A stretch of DNA of 64,000 nt, taken from positions 54,043 to 118,042 of the forward strand of contig NMRA01000065.1 of the NCBI GenBank assembly GCA_002633005.1, in the 5' to 3' direction. The DNA is from Phoronis australis. Lineage: Eukaryota; Animalia; Phoronida. Position 1 is the stretch's first letter, and every line of letters begins with the position of its first letter. This document shows positions 1 to 13,300 of this stretch, one piece after another. The notes beneath the pieces are model-generated. The model saw only the letters and a list, made by a program, of their open reading frames with translations. It was not told where the DNA came from and searched no databases. The translations under genes were made by a program, and so were the position numbers.

Positions 1-3000
1 CACTGCCGGTCGCCTGGGATATCGCGGGAGAGCCTATACTTAGCCATAGCTCCGTTACGATTGCACCGTGTTCCGAATTTGACACTTGAAATTGGATCTG
101 AGCCCCGCCCCCAACACTAAAACTGCATACATTTAAATCTTGTTTCATCCGTATAATTTCAATTACCGGGGTAAATTAATAAACTCAACATTTCCCTACG
201 CTGTTGGTGTTTTATTTTTTGCGGCATCCAAGGGGGGGGCAGGCCGGACCCCCTGGGCCACCCCTAAATCCGCCTATGAATAATACGCGTACAAGGAAGT
301 CACGCATTTCTAAAGATGTGCGGGATTTTTCACCACTCGTCTATCTGAACCGCGGCTTGTACCAGGATCAAAGAGAGCGCGGCGCCGGAATCAGGTACAA
401 TTGTGATGACCACATTGCCGAATGCGAGCAAGACCCAATTAAATGTAATTATCCTACCATAAACTGTGTTAGACATCTCTGACTGTACATAATGGCGAAT
501 TTTCAAAATGCATTCACCACTAATTTTCGTTATAAACGAACACCACGGAGGTATTCAGCTGAAAAAAAAAAACAACCAAGTACGATTTTCAATTTTTGAA
601 AATCGATGAACTAACAATTTAAAGACTACAACTATTGGGTACGATTGAAGATAAACTACCGGGCGTGTTGATATACTCGGTGGATATACAAACGCTGATC
701 AGAGTTAACAATGTCACTTTGATTCATTTTTATTATTCTTTCAATCTCGTTTAACCAGATTTTTGACCAGGAAACAGTTGTTGTGCCCACTTTTTATTTT
801 TTATGACTGACAAAGAGCTAGAATAGTTATATAGTCAGTGCCACCGAAATTGTCCGGAGATTCCAAATCTTCAGTTTGGTTATCATCATATTTGCACTTT
901 TGTATACGTTTTATGATTTGAGTTCTAATAAAGATTAAACTTTAATGACAAGTGAAATGTTTAATGTACTACATGTATCTGTAATTTGGTAAGTTTAGAG
1001 ATGGGCTCACAATGAATTTAACTAATTAAGTTTAGCTGGCGATCAAAATCTACCACTGTTGTGGTACTTCAAGTTCAAAACTTAGATAAAAAGTTATCAA
1101 GCCGTTTCCGGTAAGGAAAAGAAAACAAGTGGGGAGAAGCATTAAAAATTAAATAAAGAAAACCAATATGAAACTTATCGTTCCTTTGGGATGTGGCCCT
1201 TTGTGAAGATAAACACAAGTTAACCTTATAAGTCTTTTTGTAATATTTATAATGTACCAAGTTAAAATTACTCTCCAGAGTTGCAGGCTACAACGCTGAA
1301 AATAAACCAAATTTGGGGTATTAACAACAACCATTGTTGAGACAGTAATGCTAGCAATTACCTTTCCACTTCATTAGCTCAGATCTTCATCAATGAGCGT
1401 GCTGAATAAAAGCTGTCTGAGGCTTAGGGAATCAGAGCGGTCACCAGTGTAAGCGAAAATTTCTCCACGTACATGTAACACTGCGTTTAAGCTGGTCCGA
1501 GCTTAGAGTCACACAAAGGAATCAACAGGTGAAAGTTAAGTCTAATTTCTCTGAAAGTGAACCGTTTTTCTCAATCCCTTTGAAGTTTTTAGTGAAAGTA
1601 TTTCAAATACATCTGCTTCACGTGACACGTGTTGAAAGTCGTTTAAATTGCAACTACTTACTAGTCTCATCGGTAAGCGATCATGCACACTGTTAACAGC
1701 ATAAATGCTGGATTACGTGAGCTTAATATGAATTCATTAAAGCAGACAATAAGAGAGCTGGACTGTGTAAACATTGGTTTGCTACTGCCAAACTGATAGC
1801 CGTTGACGACACCGAGTGTATACCGGGCGAGGAGTGGGTATACAATAACAAGTTCACGCATAAGCGACCATGAGATTCGACAGGATTCCAAGTTCACGCA
1901 CAGCAGAGCTATACTCGTGACAAATTAAGATGTTGGTTCTCCGTCGCTTCCAGCGGCAGTCTCATCGTCCCGCAACTGAGAAAACGCCGCATTTTTGCGA
2001 GGGAACATAACGCTAAATCGTCGTGAGAGACCGTCCGGAGTTGGTATATGGTGTAACTCCGGACGGTCTGGGGTCAACAGAAAATCACAGTCACGAGTCA
2101 ACTGTGAGTCTACACCAATGTGATAAAGAGAGTAGTTCTACTTGCTGCGTCAGCTGCAGGTATGCATATATCTTTTATGACACGCAATGTGTGACTGGGC
2201 AAAGCGCTTTCAATATAATGTGGATAAAGCAGTGGAGTGTGAGACCTTGCTGAGGTCCCTGTCAAGTCCTCATGCACAATTCTATTATGAAATAGTCACA
2301 GATTAAAAAAATCATTGAGGGTGCCAACATACGTGGCACTGTTTCCACTGAGAATTTATATTTTTACCCAAGTGATAACGTACAGGCGGATGTCCCTAAG
2401 TTTCTCATGTAAGTGTCCCCACTGAGTCCACCCCCAATGACGCGGCACCAAAACCATCTTCGCTCTCTGTGGACATCTGACTTGTCCTGACTGAGGCGCC
2501 GTCTCGCGGTAAAGTGTTGCGTCATTGTGGATCGCGATCGCAGGGGGTCTGTGCTCAGGTATAGGCTACATGTAAGTTGTTTCTGCTTTCCATTAAATTT
2601 GGAGGTCTGTTCATGGCTGTTGGCAATCTGTAGACACTGGTGACAATGACCCAGACACAACTGATAGAGTAAGAATCCGGATTCGGATAATGGAAAGCGG
2701 TTTCCGTCGTTCGTACTCGACTTAGGCTGGCATAGCACTAGACTAGCAGGCCTAATATTGAATTCGTTCGTTGCTGTGGCGTTGGGTGTGCTCTGATATG
2801 CTAGGTGATAGTTCTAGGTTGGCAAGTGAAGCCAGAGTTTACTGTTGTAAGCGCTGGTTAGTAAAGATAGACTTGAGAATCGCCTGTCAGTGGCAGATCT
2901 ACGTTTTCAGTAAGGGGGTAGGGTTTAGAATTCGAACGAATCCGAGGCTCATAGCGTTGAGCGGAAGAAAGGTCGGTTTCCCCCTCCCGTGTAAGATCAG

Positions 3001-3071
3001 TTGCGGTTTTTAGTAGCTGATTTCGTTTTTGTGGCGATATGTTCTTCAATTTTTATTTTTGATCCTGATCG

Positions 3072-6000
3072 CCCCTGCGAAATGTTACCATGGTTGGTTA
3101 AGCACGGTAAAGCACAATCAACCATGGTTCAACCATGGTTAAACCAACAGGTTGACCGTGCTTGACCATGCTTCTGACCACGGTCAACCACAGTCAAAGC
3201 ATCGTCAACCACGCTTGCCATTTCGTTCCAGAAATTGTCAACGATGGTTGACTATGCTTCTCACCATGGTAAACCATGGACAAACCACTGTCAAACCACG
3301 GTCAACCATGGTTGCCCATTTTAAAAATGAACAACCATGGTTGACTGGCATCTGACCATGGTCAAACATGGCCAAACCATAGTCAACCATTGTTGCCTTG
3401 GTCTATAAAGAGGCAAACATGGTTAACTATGCTTTCGACCATAGTCAACCATGGTCAGAAGTATTCCTTATCCCAACTAGCAGGTCTAGTTGACCAGATC
3501 AGGTTATGACACCTTGAACAGGGAGTAACTTGTGTCTAATTGTCTGACCTACAAAATGAAAGTAAAATGCTGGCCAAAATTGGATTTGCCAAGGCACATA
3601 AACTGAATAAGAAACTCATTAACATCATTAAATGGAATTGTTCTAAAACAACAAAATTATGAAAAATATTTGACTAAATCTAAGCAAATGTGCATGTTTT
3701 ATGATCATTCCTGTACAAAGTTAGACTGACCTACAGAAAGTTGTATCACACTTACCAACTTTTAAAATATCCCCACAAGATGCATTGTCTAAAATTATTT
3801 GATAGTCAACTGAAGCATCACTAATGTTGAACTGCTGAGTTGTATGCCCTAAGGGTTTTCCAAATGTTTATTTTATGCTAGCCCAGCTACATGTACATGT
3901 TGAACTGCCTGGAAGTGCTATCAGCAAACATGTGTTAACAATTGGTTGTCAAGGTTACATTCCTGGAAAGTGAAATACCCATGCAAACCTTTGACAGGCA
4001 TTTCAAATTTTAAATGGTTGGGGTTCAGCAAGGACTCTGGTTTAGTGAAGAAGTGGACTGGTAAGTGTTGACTTCAACACTGTATTTATATTGATATGAC
4101 TGTTAATTAACAAATTTCATTCTTATATAAGTAGTTTTGTTCTTACAAACAAAAGGGAGTTGTTTTTTGAAACTGATTCTGTGGATGATTTAATGGAAAT
4201 AAGCATGATTCATTTGTGCTCAAATGTAAGTTATACTTCAGTGCTAGAGTTTGTGTAATTTTATGATTTAAACAGAGACCTAAATTAGCTTGATTTCGAA
4301 ATCTTTTTTATCAACCAAATTGCCATGTGTTTCTAATGGGTTTTGAAAAATAGATGTTTGGTCTTTTCAAAAATTGATGTGGGGGTCATTTTTGTCTTCA
4401 ACGCATTAAATAACTTGTGTCCCCTTGAAAAAAGAATATTGTAGTTTAAAAAAGTTCCACCTTAAAATTGGTCTCAACTTGTTTAATCAACTTGGATGAG
4501 AATAGAAGTGATTTTAATGGTCTTTCAAAGAGCTGCTAACTCTCGACCAGTTGCTCTGTGATTATAATGATATGTCTAGAAATCTATTTTGCGAGCCAAG
4601 TCTGAAACAATGACATTACAAATTTTCAATACTTTCCAAACCGTGAGATTACGTCTTTATTTTAATTGTCCAAAGCGCAATTCTAGATTTATTTTATGGT
4701 TGATTAACTAAATAACCAAAGCATTTCTGTATTTTCTGTACAAAAATGGATGAAAAATCCAAATAATTTACTTGATCTCATCTAACTGGAATTATTTCAA
4801 CTTTTCTTTAGTCAACCGAAGACTTCGAAAACATGCATGATGAAGTGAAACTCAGATGGCGAGTGAAAATACTTGAGACCCAACCACCAACACTAGTGTG
4901 GCAGTCCTCAATTCCTGTGGTGGCCAAAAGATTATGGAGAGTGACATTAGTCTGTATTCTAAGAAGTCGGTGGACCTCAAGTGCTGATTAGATCTTGAAT
5001 GGCCTGCATTTAAGGATTTGGAGTCACACCTGGATTCTGATTTTCTGGCAGCCAATATTTTGTTGCTGCAGCTCTTTATACCCCAATGCCTCTTAACACA
5101 TCTCATCAAAAGTCGTGTGTGGACGTATTGTATGGACTTTTTTGCTTTGAGATAAAAGGCGATTTTTACCTGGACCTAAAAGACATAACTGCTAGGGCTC
5201 AAGCAGTACAAAAGTTTAAGATAAAAAATGGATACCTTTTAAATAAGGCAAGTTAAAAAAATGAATACCCTTCAAGCATAGTCAAGACCGACTTATAGAT
5301 TTGTGCATGGGAATAGGAACACTTCTTGTATTTATAAAGTGGATTGTCCCTTTTGCTAGGCAAAACCTATTTCACGATACAGTAACATAGATGAAATATT
5401 TTGGGAAATGTGAATTCTAATTTTGAATTGTTTTACCCATTGTTGTAAGTTTTAGTTCTTCATGATGATGCTCAGTGTGAAAGCAGAAAACTGTTGGTGC
5501 CATGTATTTTACAAAATCTTGCATTTTTTCAAATTTAGATTTGCTCTATTACATGAAGGTTCTTTTTAACATTCAAAGTGTCATTTGTTCTTGTGGCTCC
5601 CATTGTCTTTCTCCAGTTGTAAATGAGGAAATAGACATATTATGTAGAATGCAAACACTTGTTTTCAATATTTCAAGTTAAGTTGGGAATTGGGACCTTT
5701 TAGTGAGTTAAACCTTGCTAAAGTAATTTGATGAGCTTGAGACATTTCACATGAAACTCATAAATCGGTAAATAAAACAACAAGAATGGATCAACTGAAA
5801 TTTGAAATTTTCGGAGGTAACAACTTCCTTTATCAACAAAAACAGAAATAAAGTAAAATCAAACACAAAATGACAATTGACATATAAGATATGGTGTAAT
5901 GAAAATGATACATTTTTGCGTAAAAAATTCAATGACATATTTTAAGAAGTTTTTATGTTCAATCCATGAGGTTCTATTGTATTCAGTTTGTCTATCCAAT

Positions 6001-6886
6001 ATTGTTCTCTTTTAAGTCTGTGAGGGGTACTGGGGTGTTGGAGTTTTTCTATTATTTGTACAGAAAGATCTTGAATATNATAACATGAAGGTTCTTTTTA
6101 ACATTCAAAGTGTCAATTGTTCTTGTGGTTCCCATTGTCTTTCTCCAGTTGTAAATGAGGAAATAGAAGTATTATGTAGAATGCAAACACTTGTTTTCAA
6201 TATTTCAACTTAAGTTGGGAATTGGGACCTTTTAGTGAGTTAAACCTTGCTAAAGTAATTTGATGAGCTTGAGACATTTCACATGAAACTCAACATGTAA
6301 TTTGCTTACGTATGTCATTTTATAGTGGACTTCTAGCTATACCTGTGATTGTCAGTTCACATGCATGACTTCATAACCATGGTTGACCATGCTTGCTAAC
6401 CATTGTTGACCATGTTTAATAACTTTGCCAAGCAATGGTCAACCATTGTTAGTAACCATCGTCAACCATGATTTTTAGCCATGGTCAACCATAATTTTTA
6501 GCCATGGTTAACCATGATTTTTAACCATGGTTCTACACCATGGTTGGTAACCATGGTCAGCCATGGTTTTAAAATTTCACGTTAAGTTGTCTCATTAACC
6601 ATGGTTCCACACCATGGTTGTAACCATGGTAAACCATGGTTTTGAAATTTCGTATTAAGTTGTCTAATAGCATGGTTGTGAAGCACAGTCAACCATGGTT
6701 GTTAGCCACGGTTAACCATGGTTGATAACCATGGTTGTGAAGCATGGTCAACCATGGTTTTTAGCCATGGTTAACCATGGTTTCAACTTAACGCGAAATG
6801 TTAAAACCATGGTTAACCATGGTTGTACAGCCATGGTTAACCATGGTTAACCATGATTAAGTGAGGTACATTTCACCTATCAGGGG
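3072..6886. mobile_element. Candidate 3.8-kb non-autonomous DNA transposon bounded by arrays of palindromic AACCATGGTT subterminal repeats
   Basis: Arrays at about 3087-3455 and 6377-6856. The ends CCCCTG..GAAATGTTACC and GGTACATTTC..CAGGGG are inverted relative to each other. No clear TSD. Confidence 0.6.
5551..6292 (+). repeat. ~210-bp near-identical direct duplication (5551-5760, 6083-6292)
   Basis: Only a few mismatches between the copies; a single N at 6079 immediately precedes the second copy. Confidence 0.85.
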
Positions 6887-7235
6887 TTATTAGAACCCCC
6901 TGTCATGTAGATCCGCCTCTGCCTGTTAGCCATGAATGTGCTGTTGCCAATGGTAGTTTAACAAAGCTGTGTGCACATAATTGCCATTTGGGCATTTGTC
7001 ACCCTCCCAGCCCCCTAGCCCCACATGTTTACCCTCTAGGCCCTCCTTAATTCTCTTTCTCTCATGCTTTATGCTCTATCACATTTAATCCGCCTGTTAC
7101 AATTTTCATAAAACACTGCATGACCTCACAACTTAAAAGTTTATGCCTCATTTGAAATGACTGTGACGTGGGAAATTTTCATATCATCGACATTGACTGG
7201 CATTTTAAACTCTTTCTACTTAATTGCAGACAAAA

Positions 7236-7341
7236 ATGGCGGAGAAGTCCTCTGTCGCAATCATTGCAGTCATTGTTGGTGTATTGGCCCTAAGTATTGG
7301 TCTGTTGGTATCATCCTTGAAGAAGGTCAACTCTGATGAAG
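7236..7341 (+). CDS. SPFH gene coding exon 1 (MAEKSSVAIIAVIVGVLALSIGLLVSSLKKVNSDE)
   Basis: Start context aaaATGG; encodes a transmembrane segment; donor G|gtgagg. Confidence 0.88.
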
Positions 7342-10300
7342 GTGAGGTGTGCAAGAGACTATAAGTTAAATAATGAAACAAGCATAGAATTGAAATTCTG
7401 AAATTCGTAACAAGCAGTACATAACAGAGATCCATGACTTACAGACAAACACAATTGAGTCCTTTTCTGTGTTTTTAATTTTAACTTTTTGAGAATGCTG
7501 CGAATTTTCAAAACATTTGCTTGATTAAGGGTAGTGACTTTACAGAAAGTGAAAATGGTGATTTATTTATTCGTTGCTACTAATTTTTTTACTGAAAATG
7601 AGAATTGATTAACAGTTTCAGCTTTCAAGGAATTTGCAGTGAAAAAAATTGATCAAGCTGTATCATGGATGCAGTTGACTACCATATTCTGGTAGTTAAG
7701 AATTAAACTGCATGGTATCATGAAGAGATCTTTTCTGATGGTATTGAAATTTGACAAAGTTTTAAAGAAATAATAATAAATAAATATATCAGTTTCTTTT
7801 TTACTAGAACCTGTTTCTTGCTAAATCTCGTCAGAATCTCGACAGATGTTGCTCAATGGACTTTGTCGAAACTGCGAAAACATATTGTGCAACTTATAAA
7901 TAGTTATCATTTAAGGGCAATCATGTTAACCTCTGACCTAATCTCGCCAAAAACCTTTTTATTGTGACAAAAGTTTGAACAATCTACTACAAATAATTCT
8001 GTCTGAAAGAAAATTGTCCAAGTTTGGCAAAGTTTATTTTGAAAACTATTTTGTACATCCATTGTTCAAGTCTGTGTTAGTCGTCCTATCACTTTCAGTG
8101 CTTAGCAGAGTTAGTCATAACTTAGTGTGTGGTACTACAATCAATAACTTACTTACCGTAATCGTTCGGGTTAACGCCCTGGGCGGTTAAATTGGCGAAC
8201 CCAAAAAATCGGGGGTGGGCGGTTAACCAGACATGGGCGCTTAAACGTGAAATTTCAAGAAATCGGGGGGGGGGGNNNNNNNNNNNNNNNNNNNNNNNNN
8301 NNNNNNNNNNNNNNNNNNNNNNNNNNNNNNNNNNNNNNNNNNNNNNNNNNNNNNNNNNNNNNNNNNNNNNNNNNNNNNNNNNNNNNNNNNNNNNNNNNNN
8401 NNNNNNNNNNNNNNNNNNNNNNNNNNNNNNNNNNNNNNNNNNNNNNNNNNNNNNNNNNNNNNNNNNNNNNNNNNNNNNNNNNNNNNNNNNNNNNNNNNNN
8501 NNNNNNNNNNNNNNNNNNNNNNNNNNNNNNNNNNNNNNNNNNNNNNNNNNNNNNNNNNNNNNNNNNNNNNNNNNNNNNNNNNNNNNNNNNNNNNNNNNNN
8601 NNNNNNNNNNNNNNNNNNNNNNNNNNNNNNNNNNNNNNNNNNNNNNNNNNNNNNNNNNNNNNNNNNNNNNNNNNNNNNNNNNNNNNNNNNNNNNNNNNNN
8701 NNNNNNNNNNNNNNNNNNNNNNNNNNNNNNNNNNNNNNNNNNNNNNNNNNNNNNNNNNNNNNNNNNNNNNNNNNNNNNNNNNNNNNNNNNNNNNNNNNNN
8801 NNNNNNNNNNNNNNNNNNNNNNNNNNNNNNNNNNNNNNNNNNNNNNNNNNNNNNNNNNNNNNNNNNNNNNNNNNNNNNNNNNNNNNNNNNNNNNNNNNNN
8901 NNNNNNNNNNNNNNNNNNNNNNNNNNNNNNNNNNNNNNNNNNNNNNNNNNNNNNNNNNNNNNNNNNNNNNNNNNNNNNNNNNNNNNNNNNNNNNNNNNNN
9001 NNNNNNNNNNNNNNNNNNNNNNNNNNNNNNNNNNNNNNNNNNNNNNNNNNNNNNNNNNNNNNNNNNNNNNNNNNNNNNNNNNNNNNNNNNNNNNNNNNNN
9101 NNNNNNNNNNNNNNNNNNNNNNNNNNNNNNNNNNGGGATTCGCGTTTCCTATTAGCACAGGGCGGTAATCACCAATCGTCAAAAGTAGGGGATGGGCGCT
9201 TAACCGAGAGGTGGGCGCTTAATTGGAAATCTTCAAAAATAGCAGGGGGGCGGTTAACCGAGCAGTGGGCGGTTAAATCGAAAATCCACCTAAAGTAAGG
9301 GTGGGCGGTTAACTGAGCATGGGCGTTAACCCGAACGATTACGGTAATTACTATTGCCATCATGAATGACCCCTCTCTATACTTACATTAAAAACACAGT
9401 GCAGAGTTGTATGTGGAGTGTTTGCTATTCTACAAGTGTTCATAATCTAATTGAAAAGTGCTAACATGTCTTTCCTTTGCAAAATCAATTGTTCAGGAAA
9501 TCTCCTCTCTTACAGTTGGTATAGCCTACAACACGGTACAAAAGATCTTGTATGAAGATACAAAAGATGAAGGTCTTCACACGGGACCCCCTGGATTTGA
9601 GATCATCATCTTTCCCAGTGTTTTTAAAAGCATAAATTTCACATCACTCAAGGTATTGTATTAGGCCATATTTGGTTAGGGCTGTTCCAGCAAAATCTGT
9701 ATGAGAGGGGGAAGGCACTTCTATTTCGTACCCACCACCCATATTTTCATTTATTTCTCCAACCCATGACCCATAATTTTTTAATTATTTTTAATAGGTT
9801 AAAATATAAAGTCCAACACTTGCAAACAAATTGCCTCCAGGAGGACCTGTTAGGAGCTTAGATGATTGACAGACAAGAACTAGTTGTCTTGTCCAATATT
9901 GTCAAAAACTAAAGTAGCCTGTGAGCAATACTTTTTGCAGCCACCAGGTGTCTCTGTTCACCATAAGTCTATAATTTCAATAAACATTTTTTCAATTACA
10001 ATGATGTATGAATCTCAAACTGTTTCCATGAACTCTTTTATTCTTCTATGTCAAGTGAATATTGGAACTTTTTTATCTTACTCCTCATACTTTTTATTTA
10101 AAAATTATCAATTTTCTTATATGTGTTAACACCAGTTTAGTGTTGCATAACTTTTCAATTCAATTTGAGTTTTGATTTCTTTTGTAATGTAACCAACCTG
10201 TCAACATTGATTTAGGTCAAACAATACCACCCATTTTTAAAGCTTCACTTCTTACAGGAACGACCACCCATAATTTGAGTTTTTTTCTGAAGACCACCAC

Positions 10301-13300
10301 CCATGAATTTTAGTTTTTTACGTTTACCTCTCTATCTTCAAAGGTCCAAAACAGATTTTCATAAAATTTTGAATATAGGCATGAAGAGATGACACTTTGC
10401 TCCTGTGTATGGATGAAATCTAGGTATTTTGCGCCACCTTGTGGCCATTTTTGCTATCATTTTAAATGTCCACGAGTCTAATCTTGCATTATCTCACAAA
10501 TCACAATAAACTAGTCTTGCACAATGCTCTGCTGGATATATGCCATGTGTCAGTCTCTTGTAAATATGTTTACAGCATGGATGTTTTTGTTAAGCACTAA
10601 ATGTCTCGTAGCATGCAGGGCATGTTCTATTTTTTCTTGAGATATGTAGTATGTTTCTTTTAATAACAGTTTTAGTTCTGCTTGTGTTTGCACGTACAGT
10701 CTGAAGCACTTGCTTGTTTCAGTGTCTCAATAAAGACGGCGTTAAGATCCTACTCGACGTGTCTTTTCAATACCAGGCGAGGGCAGCACACTTGAGGAAA
10801 CTCATTTTGCAGTTCAGAGACCACAAAGGATATCTCAAAGTCCTTGTCTCAGTTGGTAGGAACAAGGAAATAATTACACTAAGATCTTGGATCTTACATC
10901 TTGTTGTCCTGGTTATCATAATTCTTAAGTCCTAGTACTGTGGGGTGAATGAACTGTGTTTTGCATCTTGGCTGTTTTAGGCTTGCAGGCAGGAATTAAT
11001 TCCATCCCTTTCTTGGTTTCAACCTCCTCCCCCAGTTCCTCTAGTTTCTCTCGCCACACCCCAACCCCAGTCTCTACGCATTTCATATCTCATCGGGAAC
11101 AGATCCAGGAGGGTTCAGACTCCCCTATGGCTCGAATGTAGAATGTCATAAGGTGTGAATTTTTGAAACAAAGATCTGGACTCCTTGTTTGAATGTCATA
11201 AGGGGGCTGCTTTTGGACATCAGCATAGGAAACACTTGATGGTTGGGATGGGGGAGTCTGTTAATTTTTCAATTTTATTTTGAAACAAAGTTTTTGTGTT
11301 GAAACTTTAAATGATTAGTTGATAATAAGTGGAAATGTAGTGTTTTTGCTGCTACCTTCACTAGACCAATCTTATGTTTATTACTTCCCTGACTCCACCC
11401 CTAGACAAAATGCTGCAGGTACCTTCCCACCCTCCAGTCACGTACTTTCACTTGGTCACCACTGATTACAGAGTCACCCTCCTGCTTATCATGTATTAAC
11501 TGTAATTTACATTAGCTCTGCTAACCAAATTTTGTCGTCATTTATTCTATATTTTGTATTTTATCATTACACTGCTCATATTTTATATTCTTAATATTTT
11601 AAACAAAGAATCATAATTTTGAATTTGACAAAAGAAAATTGGCCATGGTAGTCAACGTCATACGTACTTCTGAACTTTGTCGGAGCATACCCCCACTAGG
11701 GGTCCACGACACAATAATGACGGCGGCCAATGAGATTAGTCTTGTTAATGTCTTTGGTTTCAGGCTGTGTAGAACTTGAAAGTCGAACGCTAGTTGCAAT
11801 GTGAGCACGTATTAGTGTGTTTGCTTTAGATTTGGCGTTGACAATTCCTAAAAATTATTGTCATAATGATGAATTTTGGTTCGCTTGCTGTGTTTGTATG
11901 ATAGTGATTTTTCAATGATTGTTATTTTGTTATAGACATCAGACTGCATACTGAAATTATTGTCAACACACAATCAACCTGTCCATTTTTTCAAAAATCT
12001 TGTCAACTGAGCAATCTAGGCATTTTGCCTATTTTGTATTTGTGTGTATAAGTGGCTCCGTTTCAGGTGTAGAAAATACACCTGTTAAATTTTTTACTTT
12101 TTCGTAAACAGGGAGTTACTGTTCAAATAAATGTGATCAACAGGGGGCACTGAGTGTCGCAGTGTGGTTAAACAGTGTTGTTTTAATTAATCTTTGTGGA
12201 AATCCAGAAATTGATTGTTAAACCATTTTTATCACAGTGCCTGCCAGTAATTTCAATTCAATAACACTCACTCTTACAGGTAACTCAGTCATCCACGAGT
12301 CATGCAGCAAGTTTAACACGACCCAATTTCAAGCAGAGAGGGCCCAGTTTCAGGACTACCTTCGCAAGCGACTCCGCTTGCGATATGACGATCTTTACGC
12401 CGATGTTACGGATCTGCAGGTGAGGAATCTATTTTATGTTGTCTTGGCAACAAAGTTGGCCTAGAGCCTGGACGGTTTGGCCCAAGTAAAGTCCTTATAA
12501 CTAAAATTAAAAATACAAATTTGAAAAATAATGAAGGTGATTGTTTAGTCACTTACTTGACTTTAATTAAGGTGGGAACTAGATACTATGAATTTTACTT
12601 TTCCCTCATTGATAGTTATGTTTGTATGTGTCAGCTATAAATATGACCCGGAGATTGTATCTGTGAACTTTGCACTTTCATTGGACAAATTCATGCCTAA
12701 CAGGAAGCTTGGCTACTGTTCATTAGTTACTCATCATGTAGTTCAACCCATGTACACAACTGTGTACTCCCTGACCCCTCTTGATGTCTGTAAACTTTGT
12801 GCTATGGAATTGCATTGAAACAATAATATTAGCCATACTACTACATTCGTAGTAAATCAGCATTTAGAAACTGAGTCTTGAAGCGTCATCTGCAATCAGA
12901 CACACATCAAGTATTTTGACTGATCATTTCTGGTCAATAGATGGACTTGGTGAAAAGTGCCACAGTTATCTGTCGGTGTCACGAGATTAATGTGAGAGAA
13001 ATGTTGCTGAGTGTGTGCCACACATCTCACTTTTTTCCTTGTTCTGCTTCATCTAGGTGAACAACATTGCTCGACCTGCTGGTTATGAGACGGCAGTGCG
13101 AGCCAAGGAATCGGCGAGAGAAGATATCAAAGTCGCTATTAACGAGAAACCACGTAAACTGACGCAGGCCAAGACAGTGCTTAAGGAGGCTGAGACTCAG
13201 GCAGCCATTACCGTTCAGAAAGCAGAGGCAGATGCTACGATAATCAAGAACAAGTAGGTACCTCTATTGGGAATGATTGTGGGAGTGCGCAGTCAAGTAA

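Noticed and set aside
2364-3049. GC-richer stretch with 124-aa, 80-aa and 63-aa ORFs
   Set aside because: No recognisable domain and no consistent splice structure; may be promoter-proximal or old repeat sequence.
5551-6292. 210-bp direct repeats as the LTRs of a small retroelement
   Set aside because: There are no TG..CA ends, PBS, PPT or TSD. The single N at 6079 next to the second copy points to a contig-join or haplotype-overlap artefact.
3087-6856. Palindromic repeat arrays as CRISPR or an iteron origin
   Set aside because: The spacing is short and irregular (about 10-22 bp) with no spacers, which fits transposon subterminal or satellite repeats better.
8192-9298. Long ORFs of 300-368 aa in the ORF track
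   Set aside because: Artefacts of translating through the N gap; the flanks are MITE sequence.
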